This document shows positions 30,031 through 32,000 of a stretch of 32,000 bases of DNA, in pieces. The position numbers and the translations under genes are program-made. Under the pieces are notes generated by a model. That model worked only from the letters and a program-made list of their open reading frames with translations. It searched no databases and was not told the DNA's origin. The DNA comes from Methylorubrum extorquens (GTDB lineage: Bacteria; Pseudomonadota; Alphaproteobacteria; Rhizobiales; Beijerinckiaceae): NCBI GenBank assembly GCA_900234795.1, contig LT962688.1:840001-872000 (forward strand). Reading direction: 5' to 3'. Position 1 is the first letter of the stretch; every line of letters starts with the position of its first letter.

Positions 30031-30780
30031 ATGGCGATGAGTGATCGGGTTGCGGTCGTGACCGGGGCGGGCTCCGGCATCGGGCGGGCGGTGGCGCTGG
30101 GATTGGCGCAGGCCGGGTGGCGGCTGGTGCTCACCGGGCGGCGGGGCGAGGCGCTGGAGCGAGTCGCGGCAGAACTGCCGGGCCCTTCGTTATGCGTGCC
30201 GACCGACGTGTCCGATCCGCGCGCCGTCGAGGCCCTGTTCGCCGCGGTGGGCGAGCGCTTCGGGCGGCTTGACCTGCTGTTCAACAATGCCGGGATCTTC
30301 ACCCCCGCCGCGACGGTGGACGAGATCGCGGTCGAGGATTGGCTCGCCAGCGTCAACGTCAACCTCACGGGCACCTTCCTCTGCACCCGCGCCGCCTTCG
30401 GGATGATGCGCAAGCAGGACCCGAGGGGAGGGCGCATCATCAACAACGGCTCGATCGCGGCCTACGCGCCACGGCCGATGTCGGCGCCCTACAGCGCGAC
30501 CAAACACGCCATCACCGGTCTCACCCGCGCCACCGCGCTGGACGGGCGCCCCTTCGACATCGCCTGCGGGCAGATCGACGTCGGCAATGCCGAGACCGAG
30601 ATGACGCAAAGCTTCGGGCAGGGCGCGCGGCAGGCCGACGGCTCGATCCGGCCCGAGCCCTATATGGAGGCGACGCATGTCGCCGAGGCCGTCGTCTACA
30701 TGGCCGGGCTGCCGCTCTCGGCCAACGTGCTGTTCATGACCGTGATGGCGACGAACATGCCCTTCGTCGGGCGAGGGTAG
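30031..30780 (+). CDS. SDR family oxidoreductase
   Basis: [16 protein letters not shown] (TGxxxGxG), NNAG and YSATKHA (YxxxK) are present. 249 aa. The second ATG at 30037 has better spacing to the AGAGGA RBS. The track ORF start at 29818 overlaps the tRNA and is rejected. Confidence 0.9.
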   Translation: MAMSDRVAVVTGAGSGIGRAVALGLAQAGWRLVLTGRRGEALERVAAELPGPSLCVPTDVSDPRAVEALFAAVGERFGRLDLLFNNAGIFTPAATVDEIAVEDWLASVNVNLTGTFLCTRAAFGMMRKQDPRGGRIINNGSIAAYAPRPMSAPYSATKHAITGLTRATALDGRPFDIACGQIDVGNAETEMTQSFGQGARQADGSIRPEPYMEATHVAEAVVYMAGLPLSANVLFMTVMATNMPFVGRG

Positions 30781-30886
30781 GGGAGTCGGCTTTGCGTAGG
30801 CGGCGCGGAACGCGTAGAGAGCGGAACACCGCCCGGTCCCCCTTCGAGACGAGCGGCCGACCGCCCCGCGGCGGCCGGTGCCCGCC

Positions 30887-32000
<1,114 letters not shown>

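Overview
High-GC (about 70% by eye) alphaproteobacterial chromosome segment. Gene content and protein sequences look Methylobacterium/Methylorubrum-like, which is inference only. Most of the window is ordinary core genome. Left to right: DUF853 ATPase (3' part), rplU-rpmA-GNAT-small membrane protein-obg, a secreted hypothetical, then a minus-strand NAD-linked formate dehydrogenase operon fdsG-fdsB-fdsA-fdsD followed by a LysR regulator. Next come a BetT-like BCCT transporter, a serine hydrolase, a DUF427 protein, otsB, glk, and an H-NOX / GGDEF-EAL two-gene operon. These are followed by a DUF3108 protein, a small secreted protein, a Suv3-like helicase with an acidic/basic low-complexity tail, an S4-domain protein and tuf. 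After a gene-poor stretch, the window ends with tRNA-Gln(UUG), an SDR oxidoreductase and prfC (5' part). Two things stand out. (1) Three adjacent genes (helicase tail, S4 protein, tuf) each carry a single-base frameshift inside a G or C homopolymer, all within about 1.3 kb. This is most likely consensus error, and otherwise recent pseudogenisation. (2) The tuf to tRNA-Gln interval is the only accessory-looking region. It holds about 650 bp with no credible ORF, two small high-GC ORFs, a vestigial DDE-transposase C-terminus, a visibly AT-rich NodH/Stf0-like sulfotransferase gene and a vestigial AlpA-like HTH ORF next to the tRNA 3' end. This reads as a decayed tRNA-associated islet. I found no CRISPR array, no intact mobile element and no convincing undescribed multi-gene system. 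The long ORFs antisense to real genes are high-GC artefacts. Start codons are chosen by eye (RBS and N-terminal conservation) and may be off. All family assignments rest on motifs recognised from memory, not on searches.
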